In this document: positions 37,981 to 49,137 of the stretch, piece after piece | How the letters are laid out: each line of letters begins with the position of its first letter | Numbering within the stretch: position 1 is the stretch's first letter | NCBI GenBank assembly: GCA_946965045.2 | Contig: OX337236.1 | Coordinates: forward strand, 1,860,001-1,924,000 | Direction of reading: 5' to 3' | Length of the DNA stretch: 64,000 nucleotides | Source of the DNA: Epithemia pelagica | Taxonomy: Eukaryota > Protista > Bacillariophyta | Position numbers and translations under genes: made by a program | The notes under the pieces: generated by a model | What the model was told of the DNA's origin: nothing | What the model saw: the letters and a program-made list of their open reading frames with translations, nothing else | Database searches by the model: none

Positions 37981-38206
37981 AATCAGTCCTTCTCCACTAA
38001 GGTTATCCGTACTGTACTATGGGTCGCGGTTTTTCGGGATATGGACGAGTACGTGTTCCCATCAAAACCCCAGAGTGACGAAGCAATGATAAGGCAAAAT
38101 ACTGAACAAGAACTTGACACCACTCGAAGGGGAGTGATGACAGATCTTGGAGAAGATACCGATCCGACGCACCAACGGCACAATCGAAACAAAAAAGGTC
38201 CCCACC

Positions 38207-38830
38207 ATGATGAAGCTGGCCGTCGCACTTCTGATTTTCCTAAATGGAGCACATGCTTTTGTGTCTCCCATACCGAATGGAGCAACCACCACCACCACAA
38301 GACTCCATGCCGAAGAAGAAGAAGAGGCCACAGAAGAAGCCGCAATGTTGGGTGCTCAAGCCATTTCGGCCTTGACCTCGTCCGTGTCGGCCATTTTTCC
38401 ATCGGAAGATGTGGATAACACCATCCCTCATCGATACCCCTTTGCCTTGGTGGATAAGGTTGTCGAATACGAGGCTGGTAAAAGAGCTGTTGGTATCAAG
38501 GCGGTGACCAAGAACGAAGAATTCTTCAACGGCCACTTTCCTGGACGACCCATCATGCCGGGTGTCTTGCAAGTCGAAGCCTTGGCCCAACTGGCGGGTA
38601 TTGTCTGTTTGAAAATGGAAGGCAATGATGCGGGTGCCATCTTTTTCTTTGCCGGTGTGGATGGTGTCAAGTGGAAGAAACCCGTCGTGCCCGGTGATTC
38701 CCTCGTGATGGAAGTGGAAATTCTCAAGTTTAACAAAAAGTTTGGCTTGGTCAAGGCCACCGGAAAGGCCTGTGTCGATGGAGAAGTGGCCCTGGAGGTG
38801 GAAGAAATGACCTTTGCACTGGCCAAATAA
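38207..38830 (+). CDS. fabZ: Second intact copy of plastid fabZ
   Basis: Translation identical to the 13905..14528 copy. Confidence 0.93.
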   Translation: MMKLAVALLIFLNGAHAFVSPIPNGATTTTTRLHAEEEEEATEEAAMLGAQAISALTSSVSAIFPSEDVDNTIPHRYPFALVDKVVEYEAGKRAVGIKAVTKNEEFFNGHFPGRPIMPGVLQVEALAQLAGIVCLKMEGNDAGAIFFFAGVDGVKWKKPVVPGDSLVMEVEILKFNKKFGLVKATGKACVDGEVALEVEEMTFALAK

Positions 38831-39276
38831 TAGAACAACAACACAAGAGAGTTGCTACATAGACGAAACTATTAAACCGTACAATGCCACATTCTGGATG
38901 TGTAGGGGACTGTTGTATGCTTCTTTCACACAGTATTCGTATATCACAAGTTTCACCGTGCCACGAGTGTCACACGGACGCACGCAGTGTTTTCAAAATA
39001 TTTAAGCCGTTTTGCATTGTGGTCTGATCTATGTGTAGACTGTAATGCCACATGTCTGCTAGAGTAGCAACAAAATCTTCCTTCCCACAGTGAGGACAAT
39101 GTGGATTCTCTGTCGTAGAACAGAGTTCGAAGGGCCGTCCTCCGCCTTGTGGCTACACACACCACCGTTGGTATATGGAGTCATCTTGAACCTGTCCGTG
39201 GCACGACAAGGATCGGACCTGGTGGCGGGTACCAATTCCAGATGGACTGAGGGGAATGTGAGGCGCGAGGTCGCTA

Positions 39277-41056
39277 CTATGGGATTTCCGGATGCCGAAT
39301 TTTCAAATACGCCGCCACAAGCTCCTCCACATGCAGGGGATCCCAACGTGCCGTTCCCTCCTTGTCGTGCTGTTGCTGGTGGTCCGTATCATTTTCTTGT
39401 TTGGCAACCTTGCTTTGGGGTGGCAGGGAATCATCATCACCCAAGTGCTTGTTCAATTGTTGGGCAATGGCCTGGGCGGTGGCGGCAAAGAATCGCAAGG
39501 TGGCAACTTCCGAGTCCACCACCAATGCCGCATAATAGGCACGGTCCTGATCCGGACGATCGGAATCCTTGTTTGGTTGCCTGGAATCGTGGTCGTCTTT
39601 TGCTCGCAACGACGACGACAAGACAAGGGTGCGTTGGGCTTTGGGAAAGGTATACGATTCCGCAAGTTCCAGCAATCGTTCTCGAAAGGCGGACAAGGCT
39701 TGTAATTCAGTTTGCAAGTCTTGTGGTGGTGGTGGTGGTTGATTTGGATGGGGGGAATCCATGGCGCTTGGTTCCCCATACAACAATTGATCATGATCGT
39801 CGTGGTCGTCTAGTTCAGGATCATGTTCTTCTTCTTCGTCGTCGCAGGCATTTAAAAAGGCCTCCATGTCATCTTCCATATCATCAACATCTTCTTCTTC
39901 TTCTTGTTCCTCTTTCATGCCATCATTGCCGTCGTGTTGTTCCATCCCATCTGTGGAAGCTGGCAAAGAATTCTTTCTAGTTTGGTGGTCTGGAAAAAAG
40001 GTTTCGAGTGCTTGCACAAACCCTCCATACGAATACGATTTGGGTCCTCGTCTCAGCACAATAATGCTTCGTTTTGGGTTGCTGCTTGTGGTCGTCCTCG
40101 TTGGAACAAATTCATAGATATCATTGCAAGATCCATCTGGTTCGATATTGTCCGCCAAGGCAAAGCCATAATTGAGCAAGAGTTGTCCATTGCTCTGCGC
40201 ACCGTACGTAATGGAAAGCATGGTTCCCGGTTGAAAACCATGGGTACTCTGGACAATGACTTGGTTGGCTTGAAACGTGTAGGAACACGATTTGCCAACG
40301 TTTGCGTTGCGAGGACCTCGATAATGATTGCACAAATCCAACAGGGGGACCAAGGTTGTGGTGGGACTCGCAGTGGTAGTTTCATTGGAAAAGGCGCGAG
40401 ATGAGACAATTGTCATGGCAACATCCAAGTCTTGATAGGAAAAGGTTGGAATTGTTGCCCCTATCGGCGCTCCATCCGTTCGAGTGTCGTCGTCCTCCTC
40501 CGGTCGTTGAAAAAGACTGGATCGGACGATGCGATTGTAATGATGTTGCAACATTATTTTTTGAGCGTCCACATGAGCCCGAATGGGAGACCCACCCAAC
40601 CATTGATCCAATTCCTGTAACGACCAATGACGGGGCAATAGTTGGAGCAGTTCTGTGGAGGATGGCAAACTGTCCCAATAGGGTTGCCACCAAGACGACG
40701 ACGACGAGGAGGAATCCAATCGCAACAGGGCCACGTAGACTGCCAATAAAATGTCTTGTTTGGAATAATACATCCATTCGTCGTCTTGTACGGTAGGGTT
40801 GGATTCCTTGGAAGAAGACGACAAGACTTGATCGAGTTGCTGGATCCAAACAGCGTACTGTCTTGTCGCTGCTGATGTTGCGGTTTTGGTGGTGGTGGTT
40901 GGCTCCTTGGTGTTGTTGAGTTCCTGTTTTGGTGCCTCCTCCTTGTCATTGTCGTCGTCATCCTCCTCCTCCTCCTCCTCCTCCTCCAGGTGAGGAAGGG
41001 TGATCCAATGTGATTTGGAGATTTTCATGACCACTTCTTGGACCGCCAAGGCACGT
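39277..41056 (-). pseudogene. 5'-truncated copy of the LSMT-type SET gene
   Basis: Homology to 14972..17011 stops at GCACGT (41056, equivalent to 16736). Start, promoter and the IRGLCWA motif are missing. Track start at 41109 is GTG in module flank. Stop is one codon early. Confidence 0.8.
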
Positions 41057-41285
41057 AAATTTGACTTCTGGGCTAAAACTTTTTCTTCCGGTCTTTGATG
41101 TTTTTCCACCCCCAGACCCCCTTAGCCTGCCGGCTTACCCGACACGTTCATTCTGAACTCAGTCGAACTAGAGCATTTAGCATCCCCATTTCCATTTTTC
41201 ATTTTTCCACAATCTTTTCTCTTTTAAGATGTTATTCTCTTGTACTTGATACAGACCATCGTCCTCTTCGTAATCGCAACGGGTG

Positions 41286-43316
41286 TCAATGTTCGCGAGC
41301 AGACAATCCACGCCATTGTTCCGGCAACCACCTTTTACCGGAAACCCCAAAGAAGCTTCGAAGCTGTGGTCTTGCAAGACAAGTCCATCCGCGCCTCTCT
41401 GATGGATTGACAGCAGGATGCCCACGGACACGATAGGAATTGGGCAACGTGGCAGGTTGATTTGGAATCTCTTTCCCTTCCTTTAGTTGGTATCCATAGA
41501 GATCATATGTGACAACCCCTGACTTTACATCCTTTTGCCACAAACAAACAAAAACATCGTACTCTGGAAATTTAGCAAACTTCGGGTAGTAAATAGAAAC
41601 TTTGGGAAAGTTCCCCTCCCAGTGATGGTTCGAACAGATTTCACCCAGTGCCTTCTGCAATTCTTGAAGATTCTTGACCATCGATATGGTCCGAGTGGCG
41701 GGCAATGGATAATTATAAAAGAGACTAGTCGAAATCGTCTTCATTTCGAAACGCGGAGTTGGGATGCACGAGACATCTCCAAAATTACCAGAAACATATC
41801 GCAACCAGAGAACAAGCAAAAACAAAGACTCCCATCCATCACCGCTTTCTTCTTTGCTCGTGCTCCAACTTTTCGCATCTTGTACGACTTGACTTTGCGA
41901 TAGTCCGAAACGACCTTGGATTGAACCTGCAAGATTTCCCAACAACTCCATCAAATAGCATGGTATCCAATAGCTTTTGCCATTGCCGTTATCCAAAAGT
42001 GCGTCAATATTCGTCCCTAGTGGCTCTCCGGAGAAGAAAGATCCCAAGACTCTTTGCAGCAAGTCGAAGTCCAATGTTGTACCACTACAAGCCCTCTCTG
42101 TACGACGGGCGATCTGCGCTTTCTCAGCGAGCCCTTCAACCGTAAGAGTTGTCACCAGCAATGCCGGAATGAGGCCGTAATAGAGAGCCATTCGCGGCGT
42201 GAGATCGGTGATATTTAGATTTTGTCTTGCACCTGATAGATCCTGAATCAGCGGTAAGGTTTTAACTTCCATGTCACGAAAGGAAAGGGACGGCAATGCT
42301 TTTTCTGGATTTGTTGAGCTCAAATGGGAAGAAAACACATAGTATCTTCCTCGTTGGGTGAGAAAGTTCTCCTTCAAGAAGAGTACAATGTCTTTGTCCA
42401 ATACCACGTTGTTCAACTCGTCAATCAACAATACGACTTGGTTGGTCCCAAGAAACGAAGACACCTCGTCTGCCGTGATGCTGTATTTCTTGATGGCTTT
42501 AAAATCATCACTTATCGCACCTGTCCTTAAACTCGCTGGACGAGCATCAAACGCAATCCGCCGGCAAAGCATTTCAAGACTCGAGTCTCCTCTCAAAATC
42601 TCATAATCGCAATTGGAGAAGTCGTTGAATGAGACAAAGAGAGTTGGAATACACTGTTCGCGAAGTGCCTTTGCCAACTCGTAGAGTGCCCTCGTCTTCC
42701 CTCCCCTGGAGCAGCGAGCCAGGGAAGTGATTGGGACTCGGTACGATCCATCGGCTGCATCCTCCTTCAGGCACAAATCCGTCACCCTCCCCACGATGTC
42801 ATCAAGCCATCCTTCTTGGCTTACGAACGGAGGTGTGATCGGTTCAAGATGAGGAATTTCCAAGAGGTTCATCCACTGTTGAGCCGGAATGCGGATTCTT
42901 TTTGGCGGACTTGCCTCTGGCACTGTCCATTGCACGCTTCTAAGTTTTGAGTTAAAATAGTAGGTCCGCCCCTCGCCGTCTACCATTTCTTGCCATCCTT
43001 CTGGAAGGGGCGGTGAATCTGCCGGTTGAGCTGGAATGCGGATTCTTTTTGGCGGATTAGCCTCAGGCACTGTCCATTGCACGCTTCCAAGTTTTGAGTT
43101 AAAATAGTAGGTCCGCCCCTCGCCGTCTACCATTTCTTGCCATCCTTCTGGAAGGGGCGGTGAATCTGCCGGTTGCTTCTGCGATGCACTCATTCCTAGA
43201 CATACTGTATCTTGATTGTGTTGTATAGTTGTTGTCGAGGTTGTTTCGCGTTTCGCTGCGTTGATGATGTTGGGACCAGCCCCGCTCTCACGCTTACGAA
43301 GGGATTTGTTGTCAGC
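41286..43316 (-). CDS. WW-WW + NTPase + nuclease module, copy B (own Met at 43193, 635 aa)
   Basis: Near-identical to copy A from 41057 to 43316 with an open frame. No credible host N-terminus is attached. Confidence 0.8.
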   Translation of the reverse strand, partial: ADNKSLRKRESGAGPNIINAAKRETTSTTTIQHNQDTVCLGMSASQKQPADSPPLPEGWQEMVDGEGRTYYFNSKLGSVQWTVPEANPPKRIRIPAQPADSPPLPEGWQEMVDGEGRTYYFNSKLRSVQWTVPEASPPKRIRIPAQQWMNLLEIPHLEPITPPFVSQEGWLDDIVGRVTDLCLKEDAADGSYRVPITSLARCSRGGKTRALYELAKALREQCIPTLFVSFNDFSNCDYEILRGDSSLEMLCRRIAFDARPASLRTGAISDDFKAIKKYSITADEVSSFLGTNQVVLLIDELNNVVLDKDIVLFLKENFLTQRGRYYVFSSHLSSTNPEKALPSLSFRDMEVKTLPLIQDLSGARQNLNITDLTPRMALYYGLIPALLVTTLTVEGLAEKAQIARRTERACSGTTLDFDLLQRVLGSFFSGEPLGTNIDALLDNGNGKSYWIPCYLMELLGNLAGSIQGRFGLSQSQVVQDAKSWSTSKEESGDGWESLFLLVLWLRYVSGNFGDVSCIPTPRFEMKTISTSLFYNYPLPATRTISMVKNLQELQKALGEICSNHHWEGNFPKVSIYYPKFAKFPEYDVFVCLWQKDVKSGVVTYDLYGYQLKEGKEIPNQPATLPNSYRVRGHPAVNPSERRGWTCLARPQLRSFFGVSGKRWLPEQWRGLSAREH

Positions 43317-43436
43317 GACCAAAGAAGCCCCAAGACCGAGACACATGTGCCCCCGAAATTCAGCTTTGCCTTTTGCTGCAATGCATCCCCCCCATTTCGT
43401 CTTTTTCCCACTTTCTTCTTCGTCCATTTTCGTCGA

Positions 43437-43480
43437 ACAACAACAACAACAACAACAACAACTACAACAACAACAACAAG
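43437..43480. repeat. (CAA)n microsatellite upstream of CDC37
   Basis: Run of caa units seen directly. Confidence 0.9.
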
Positions 43481-43549
43481 TGTCATTTCTCTTCTCTTTC
43501 TTTTTGTACGCATTGGCCATTTTCCTCGTTATCCAACAACAACAGCAAA

Positions 43550-45075
43550 ATGTCAAAGCCCTTTGATTATTCGAAATGGGACAAGATTGAACTGTCCGAT
43601 GACGAAGATGATTGTCATCCCAACATTGACAAGGAAAGTTGGTTTCGCATGAAGCATCGAAGTCGAGTGGAACGAGAAGAAACGGAGGAAAAGGACAAGG
43701 TCAAACTCAAAGCTGAGGTAAGAGTTGTTGATGTTATGATGAGAGGAGCTTGTGGGCAACTAGTGAATCCATTTTCAAGCTCACTGAATTGTTCATTCTT
43801 TTATAATCAAAGATGGAAAAGGCCGAACATCGAATGAAAGTATTGCAGCACGATTTGAAAAAGATTGATTTGCAACGACAGCAAAATGACGACGGCGATG
43901 ATGATGATGATGACGATGATTTGGACGATCGGGAAGGATTGGTGGCCGAATTGGAAGAATTAAAACAGGCCAATGCTCAACGACAAGACAAACTGGAAGA
44001 ATACGAGAAGAATAAAAAATGGAATGTCGACAACATGTTTCATGTGAAGGAAGAACGAACCATTGTCAATCCTGGTGCTGGACAATTAACCTATACCGAT
44101 ACTGGATTTGTCAAACCCAAGGAAACCTTGCGAACCAATGACGAAATGGCGGCGGCTGCAGCTGCACAAGCTGAAACCAAACAACCTGCAACAACGTCGA
44201 CGACGACGGCCAGCAGCGATACTACAAAAGCAGAATCCGAAAAGGCTGCCTCTTCTTCGACCACCAAAGACGCATCCTCCTCCAAACCCGCAGCTCCCTC
44301 CTCCTCCTTATCGACGACGACCACCACCAAATCGACATCTCCTCCCAAAGCGGCAGCTGGACCGTCTCCTCCTCCACCCACCACCAAATCGTCTTCCACG
44401 GCAGCTCCTCCACGAGCTCCGGTGGAATTGGGTGCCATGGAAACCTACCACGAATTTACCGAAAAATATGCCCACGTGGTGGAAGAATTCATGGCCCTTC
44501 CCGATTTGGCGCGTTCGAAAGCCTTTTTGTTGCAGAATGCCGATATCATTTTGCAAGAAAATTCTTCCAATTACCTCTTGTTGGCGTCCTTGGAAGATGA
44601 AATGAATGGCTATCGTGATAAAATGAAACGTACTGCTCGACAAGCCCAAATTGTCTCCAACATTGCCGAATTGGCCAAGACGATGCACACGCATCCCGGC
44701 AATGTCATTCAGCCCTTTTTTGCCCGTCTCGAACAACGACAATATTTGGAAGAATTTCTGCACGGCGTCCAAGTCTTTGTCGACAAGATTATCAAACGAG
44801 CCGTGACGAAAAAAGCAGAAATGGATGCCCAACGCGGTGTCGCACAAGATGAATCCTCCCGCGACTTGGCCGACGTTCCCCGTGAAGATCGATTGGGACC
44901 GGGTGGATTAGATCCATTGGAAGTGATTGAAACCTTGCCGCAAAGTATGGTGGATGCTTTTGAATCACGAGATGTCGAGCAATTGAAACAAGCCTTGATG
45001 CAACTCGATCCAAAAGACGCCCAACGACACATGGATCGATGCATTGCGTCAGGATTGTGGGTTGCCAATGCATGA
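43550..45075 (+). CDS. CDC37: Hsp90 co-chaperone Cdc37, intron 43718..43812
   Basis: [28 protein letters not shown]-terminus. Phase-0 GT..AG intron. C-terminal [17 protein letters not shown]...CIASGLWV. Confidence 0.95.
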
Positions 45076-45449
45076 AAAGAACACAATCACTTAGAGGGGT
45101 TTTGAGGTGCTTGCCACGTGACCGCTAAAAAAGATACGCACACACAACAACGTAGAGGAGAGTGTCATCCATGGAAGTTGCGGCAAACGACGATCTAGGG
45201 ATGTGTATTATCCATACAAAAATCGGGGAAGACCAATATTTTTGGAACGTTAAGAAATTCTCGCTTCCTCATCTTCTTCTGGGTCACTGGACAGATTGCC
45301 ACGAAACGTCGTTCACTGAACCCTAATTACTCTAGAGTTGAACGTCAAGCAATCAATATCTCTCAATTATTCATATAATACACTTTTTTCTTCTCTCTCT
45401 AGATGCATTCACGTGCATCGTCGTCCTCGTTTGTATTGCAAACCTTCTT

Positions 45450-47444
45450 TCAAGATAGGGCCGAAGCGGCATCTAGGTCCAAGTCCACTGGAGTCTCTGT
45501 CAATGCTGCAGTAGTTGTTTGGGTACCTCTATCATCCTTCGCAGTATCAGAATTTTCGTCATGGTGATTACTCTTGTGTCGTTTGTTGGTTCGATTGCGT
45601 CGACGACGACGGGTCTTGCCACCCTCGGACTTGCTACCAATAGACCGATTGGACGACTTGTTGTTGTTGTCTGCCGTTCCGGCAAAGATATTCAAGGAAT
45701 CTTGCCAGAGGCAGTGCGGCGGGCGATTCAATTCCAGAGCCTTGAGAATGGAGGGTCTCCATTTGCGGGTTCGAGCATTAATGAGCCAATTGCTAATGAC
45801 AGTGGTGGACGTGTCACATTCCGAGGCCATTTGTTGCAAACCATCTTCGTCGGGATAGGGATTGATCCAATTCTCTCGCAGCCATTCCGTCATGTAGGCT
45901 GATAACTTGCGCTTGTCCTCCGATGTGGAAGAAGAAGACGATGTGGTGCATGCTTGCGGTTTGGTCGGTGCTTGGTCCAACATTGGCTGGCCCTCCCCTT
46001 GTTCGCCAGCAATGCCACTGGGTTTGGTAGTCGATTTTGTCGTTCCATGTACCGACGCGAGAAGCGTGCGCAGCTTTTGCACCGTATCTTGACACAAGAC
46101 GTTCAAATTGTACCGAGCACGCACCATGCCAGTCGTCTTGTTGGTCTGCGGCGGTGAATCCAATAACAAGGATGGCTCCCAACTTGTAGTAGTGGTTGGG
46201 CATGTCGTGTTGCTGGTACTTGGCTCGTGAAACAAGCATACAGGGTGACCGTCAACGTCCTTATTGCCGTCGTCGTGTTTGCTGTATTCTTCTTCCTCGT
46301 TTTTTTGTTGTCCTTCTCGTCCTACCATGCGTGGCACCAAAAACTTCAATCGTACTTGCAATCCTTCGTACACTTCCTGCAGCCGGGTTGGAATACTCGA
46401 AGGCTCCAAACTTTCCCATTCTTCCACCAAGGCTAGAATTTCTTGAGTATACACACTCGAAACTCCTTTGGGATTCAAGGTGTGAATCATGGTCTTATCC
46501 CATCCCGAAGTACTAGGAGTATTTGCGTCTTGTCCAGCATGTGGTTGGTCGATAGGAGCCGCATCTTTTGTTTCCATCACTTTTGGATTCTCACCATCCT
46601 GCCCACTACAAGAACCACTGCCGACACTCTGGTCGGGAGTGCATGTCTGATCTTCCTTCTCATTGACTCGGAGGGCCCAAGGTGCTGTTGGTGGAACGGG
46701 AGACGTCACACTCATAGGAATGCCATTAAGACAAAGTTTGGTACCATTCTTGCCGTCCGTCTTGGTGGTGGCAGTCTCATTGTCAGTATCGTTGGACGGT
46801 AAGAACAAGGGTACACACGACGAGTCTTGCTGCTCCTGGTCGTCCAGGTCCATGGCTTCCATTTCACGAAACAAGGACTCCACCCATTCCACCACTGGCA
46901 TTGCCGTCCATTGGACGGGTGCCTTGGTGAAGGTCCGAGTGAAGGGGGCATTGGCATGGGTACTACCACTATTACTAGCATTCTTCCAGGAAGAGGAGGC
47001 CGTGTTGTCTGCCGTCGCCAAGCCTGGGTTGTGAAGGGTCACAAGTGTTCCGGTGCGAGCATTCAATCGCAAACTTTGTTTGGAGGGAAGGACGATAACG
47101 CCAGGATTGACGGGATGTTTCAAATACCGACGATGGGAGGACAACCGACGATGGGAGGACAACCGACGGGGCGCCGTTGACGTTGCTGTCGTAGAGGGAG
47201 TGGTGGCTTGTGAGGAATGGGTGCCAGCGGTGAGGGACGACCACGACGACGAATCCTCCATGGATTCACAAGCGACTGTCATGGCAGGAGAAATGTCGTT
47301 GTGGATCCGACCCAGGTTTTCGTACTCCATGTTTCTGGTTCTTCTGCAAGTGGTGGTTGTTGACGGATACTGCCACCAAGAATAGTATTCTGATAATATT
47401 ATGAGACCACATCCTTTTGAACGTGGGATGCTTTTCTTCTTCAT
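45450..47444 (-). CDS. TALE-class (KN-type) homeodomain protein; start uncertain
   Basis: MTEWLRENWINPYPDEDG...VISNWLINARTRKWRP, with the PYP loop of TALE homeodomains. Confidence 0.85.
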   Translation of the reverse strand: MKKKSIPRSKGCGLIILSEYYSWWQYPSTTTTCRRTRNMEYENLGRIHNDISPAMTVACESMEDSSSWSSLTAGTHSSQATTPSTTATSTAPRRLSSHRRLSSHRRYLKHPVNPGVIVLPSKQSLRLNARTGTLVTLHNPGLATADNTASSSWKNASNSGSTHANAPFTRTFTKAPVQWTAMPVVEWVESLFREMEAMDLDDQEQQDSSCVPLFLPSNDTDNETATTKTDGKNGTKLCLNGIPMSVTSPVPPTAPWALRVNEKEDQTCTPDQSVGSGSCSGQDGENPKVMETKDAAPIDQPHAGQDANTPSTSGWDKTMIHTLNPKGVSSVYTQEILALVEEWESLEPSSIPTRLQEVYEGLQVRLKFLVPRMVGREGQQKNEEEEYSKHDDGNKDVDGHPVCLFHEPSTSNTTCPTTTTSWEPSLLLDSPPQTNKTTGMVRARYNLNVLCQDTVQKLRTLLASVHGTTKSTTKPSGIAGEQGEGQPMLDQAPTKPQACTTSSSSSTSEDKRKLSAYMTEWLRENWINPYPDEDGLQQMASECDTSTTVISNWLINARTRKWRPSILKALELNRPPHCLWQDSLNIFAGTADNNNKSSNRSIGSKSEGGKTRRRRRNRTNKRHKSNHHDENSDTAKDDRGTQTTTAALTETPVDLDLDAASALS

Positions 47445-49137
47445 CCAAAGAAGACGTATCTTGATGAAAATGGATTCTTGGAAGGAGGGTGTTTTGGGAA
47501 ACGGTCGTTGTCCCTCAGATCTTGCACCTCCCGTTCCATGCTTGAGATCTCATTTTCCCGATCTCGCGCCTCCACGGTCCAATCATCGGATCGACAAACA
47601 CTCTCATCCGTGAATGCCTTGGTTTCCGTCCACTGTTCCTTTTGTTGGTTGGTTCTTGTTTTGACACGAATCGGCCCATGTAGTGCATGAAGGTCTCGAG
47701 AGTGGTCTTTGGGGACTCTGTCCTCGAACGAGGAGATTCTACACATGCACGCGCGATGAGGGAACGAGATTTTATTTTTTGGTGTTCATCCCTCCACACC
47801 GTTTTGGGAAACGGTCCTTTGCGAGATAGGATCGCACCCATGCACCTCCCTTTCGAAAAAGAACTGGAGACATGCCAAAAATCTCATTTTCCCGATCTCG
47901 TGCCTCCAAGGTCCAATTCGAGGATAAACGCGTACTGGATCCCTTTAGTTCCATCCATATGTGGCTCCTGTCTTTGGCACGAATTCAACGGGTCTGTGAT
48001 ACCAGATCAGCTGTATCCGTATTCGAGTGGTCTTGTACTGGTAGGAGATTGCCATTGACAGATTATGCACGTCTCTCTTTGTCCAAGGAGCTCATTCACG
48101 AATGCAGGAGAGAGATCTCAGTGTTCTCACGCGGAGGAGAAAGGATGCATGGCCGGTGTTCGATTGGAGAGCACACCACTGCTGCTATCTGTGGTCTGGC
48201 CGAGTACAATAGTTCCTTCCACTCCAGAGATTCCATTCCGTTCCTCTTGAAGCGAAGCAGCACGAATCCCTCAGATCTCTTGGTTTCAAATACAATAACA
48301 GCCACGAAACGGTGTTGGCGACTTGTTTGGATGGATTGTTCCACGACGGGAAACAACCAAACGGACTGTTCACAGCGATCCATCATTCCTCCCACATGGA
48401 ATTTTGTGGGCCCATTATACACCCCATCTCTTTTATTCCAAACATCCATTGGGTAACATTTTATGATTTGACTTCCACGTTCCGTTGGGGAGTGCGCATC
48501 GTCCGTGTTTCACCCAGTGGTGCCGCCATCCAGGAATGGTTCGCTCGCCGGGCGCGCAATGTACCGATAGAGTTCTCCGTATAGTAGTGTAGACTGGCGC
48601 TCTCGAAATTTCGGACGAGTATCGACTGAACAGTAGACTTCCAGTCCCGTCGCAGTCCTAAAAAACCCGCGAACCAATCAACCGTAAGTGACACTCTCCG
48701 AAATAATGGGCACCCGCCGGGTCCGGGGGTCTCTCACTCTTTTTCTTTATGCCTGTGTTCCATACTCCGAAAAAGACTCTTTTTGGTTTCATCACTCATC
48801 ACCCCCACCCTTGCCACCATCAACGCGATCTTGAACACAAGAGAGAGCAAAAGAATAGCACAACAAGAGAGAAAGAGAGAACGCGAGAGACAGAGCTCTT
48901 TCTGCTATTGCCGTCGTCTGCTTGTAACGAAACAGACCTCCAGGAAAGGAAACCGCCTTGGTCGAAGAAAGGACTTTTCTATCCCGAGCATTCCAGAAGA
49001 GTCACACTTCCCTCTCGTTTTCTTTTTGAATGAATGAAGGAAGCCAGACACTGTAAAGCGCAGGTCCCATTCTAGTCCAATTTTTCGGGCCATCGCCACA
49101 GTCACAACAATCCCAATCTCTGTCGACACGAAAAGAC

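Larger units (their letters stand above)
26928..41056. repeat. Segmental duplicate of 12663..16736 (PDH E2 5' part, fabZ, SET 3' part), interrupted by a 10-kb LINE insertion
   Basis: Offset is 14265 left of the insertion and 24302 right of it. The difference of 10037 equals the 10017-bp insert plus the 20-bp TSD. Confidence 0.95.

Noticed and set aside
43317-43556. Cys-rich N-terminus MTFCCCC... of track ORF 41286..43556 as a third fusion header
   Set aside because: It is the antisense reading of the CDC37 upstream (CAA)n microsatellite and starts at a TTG.
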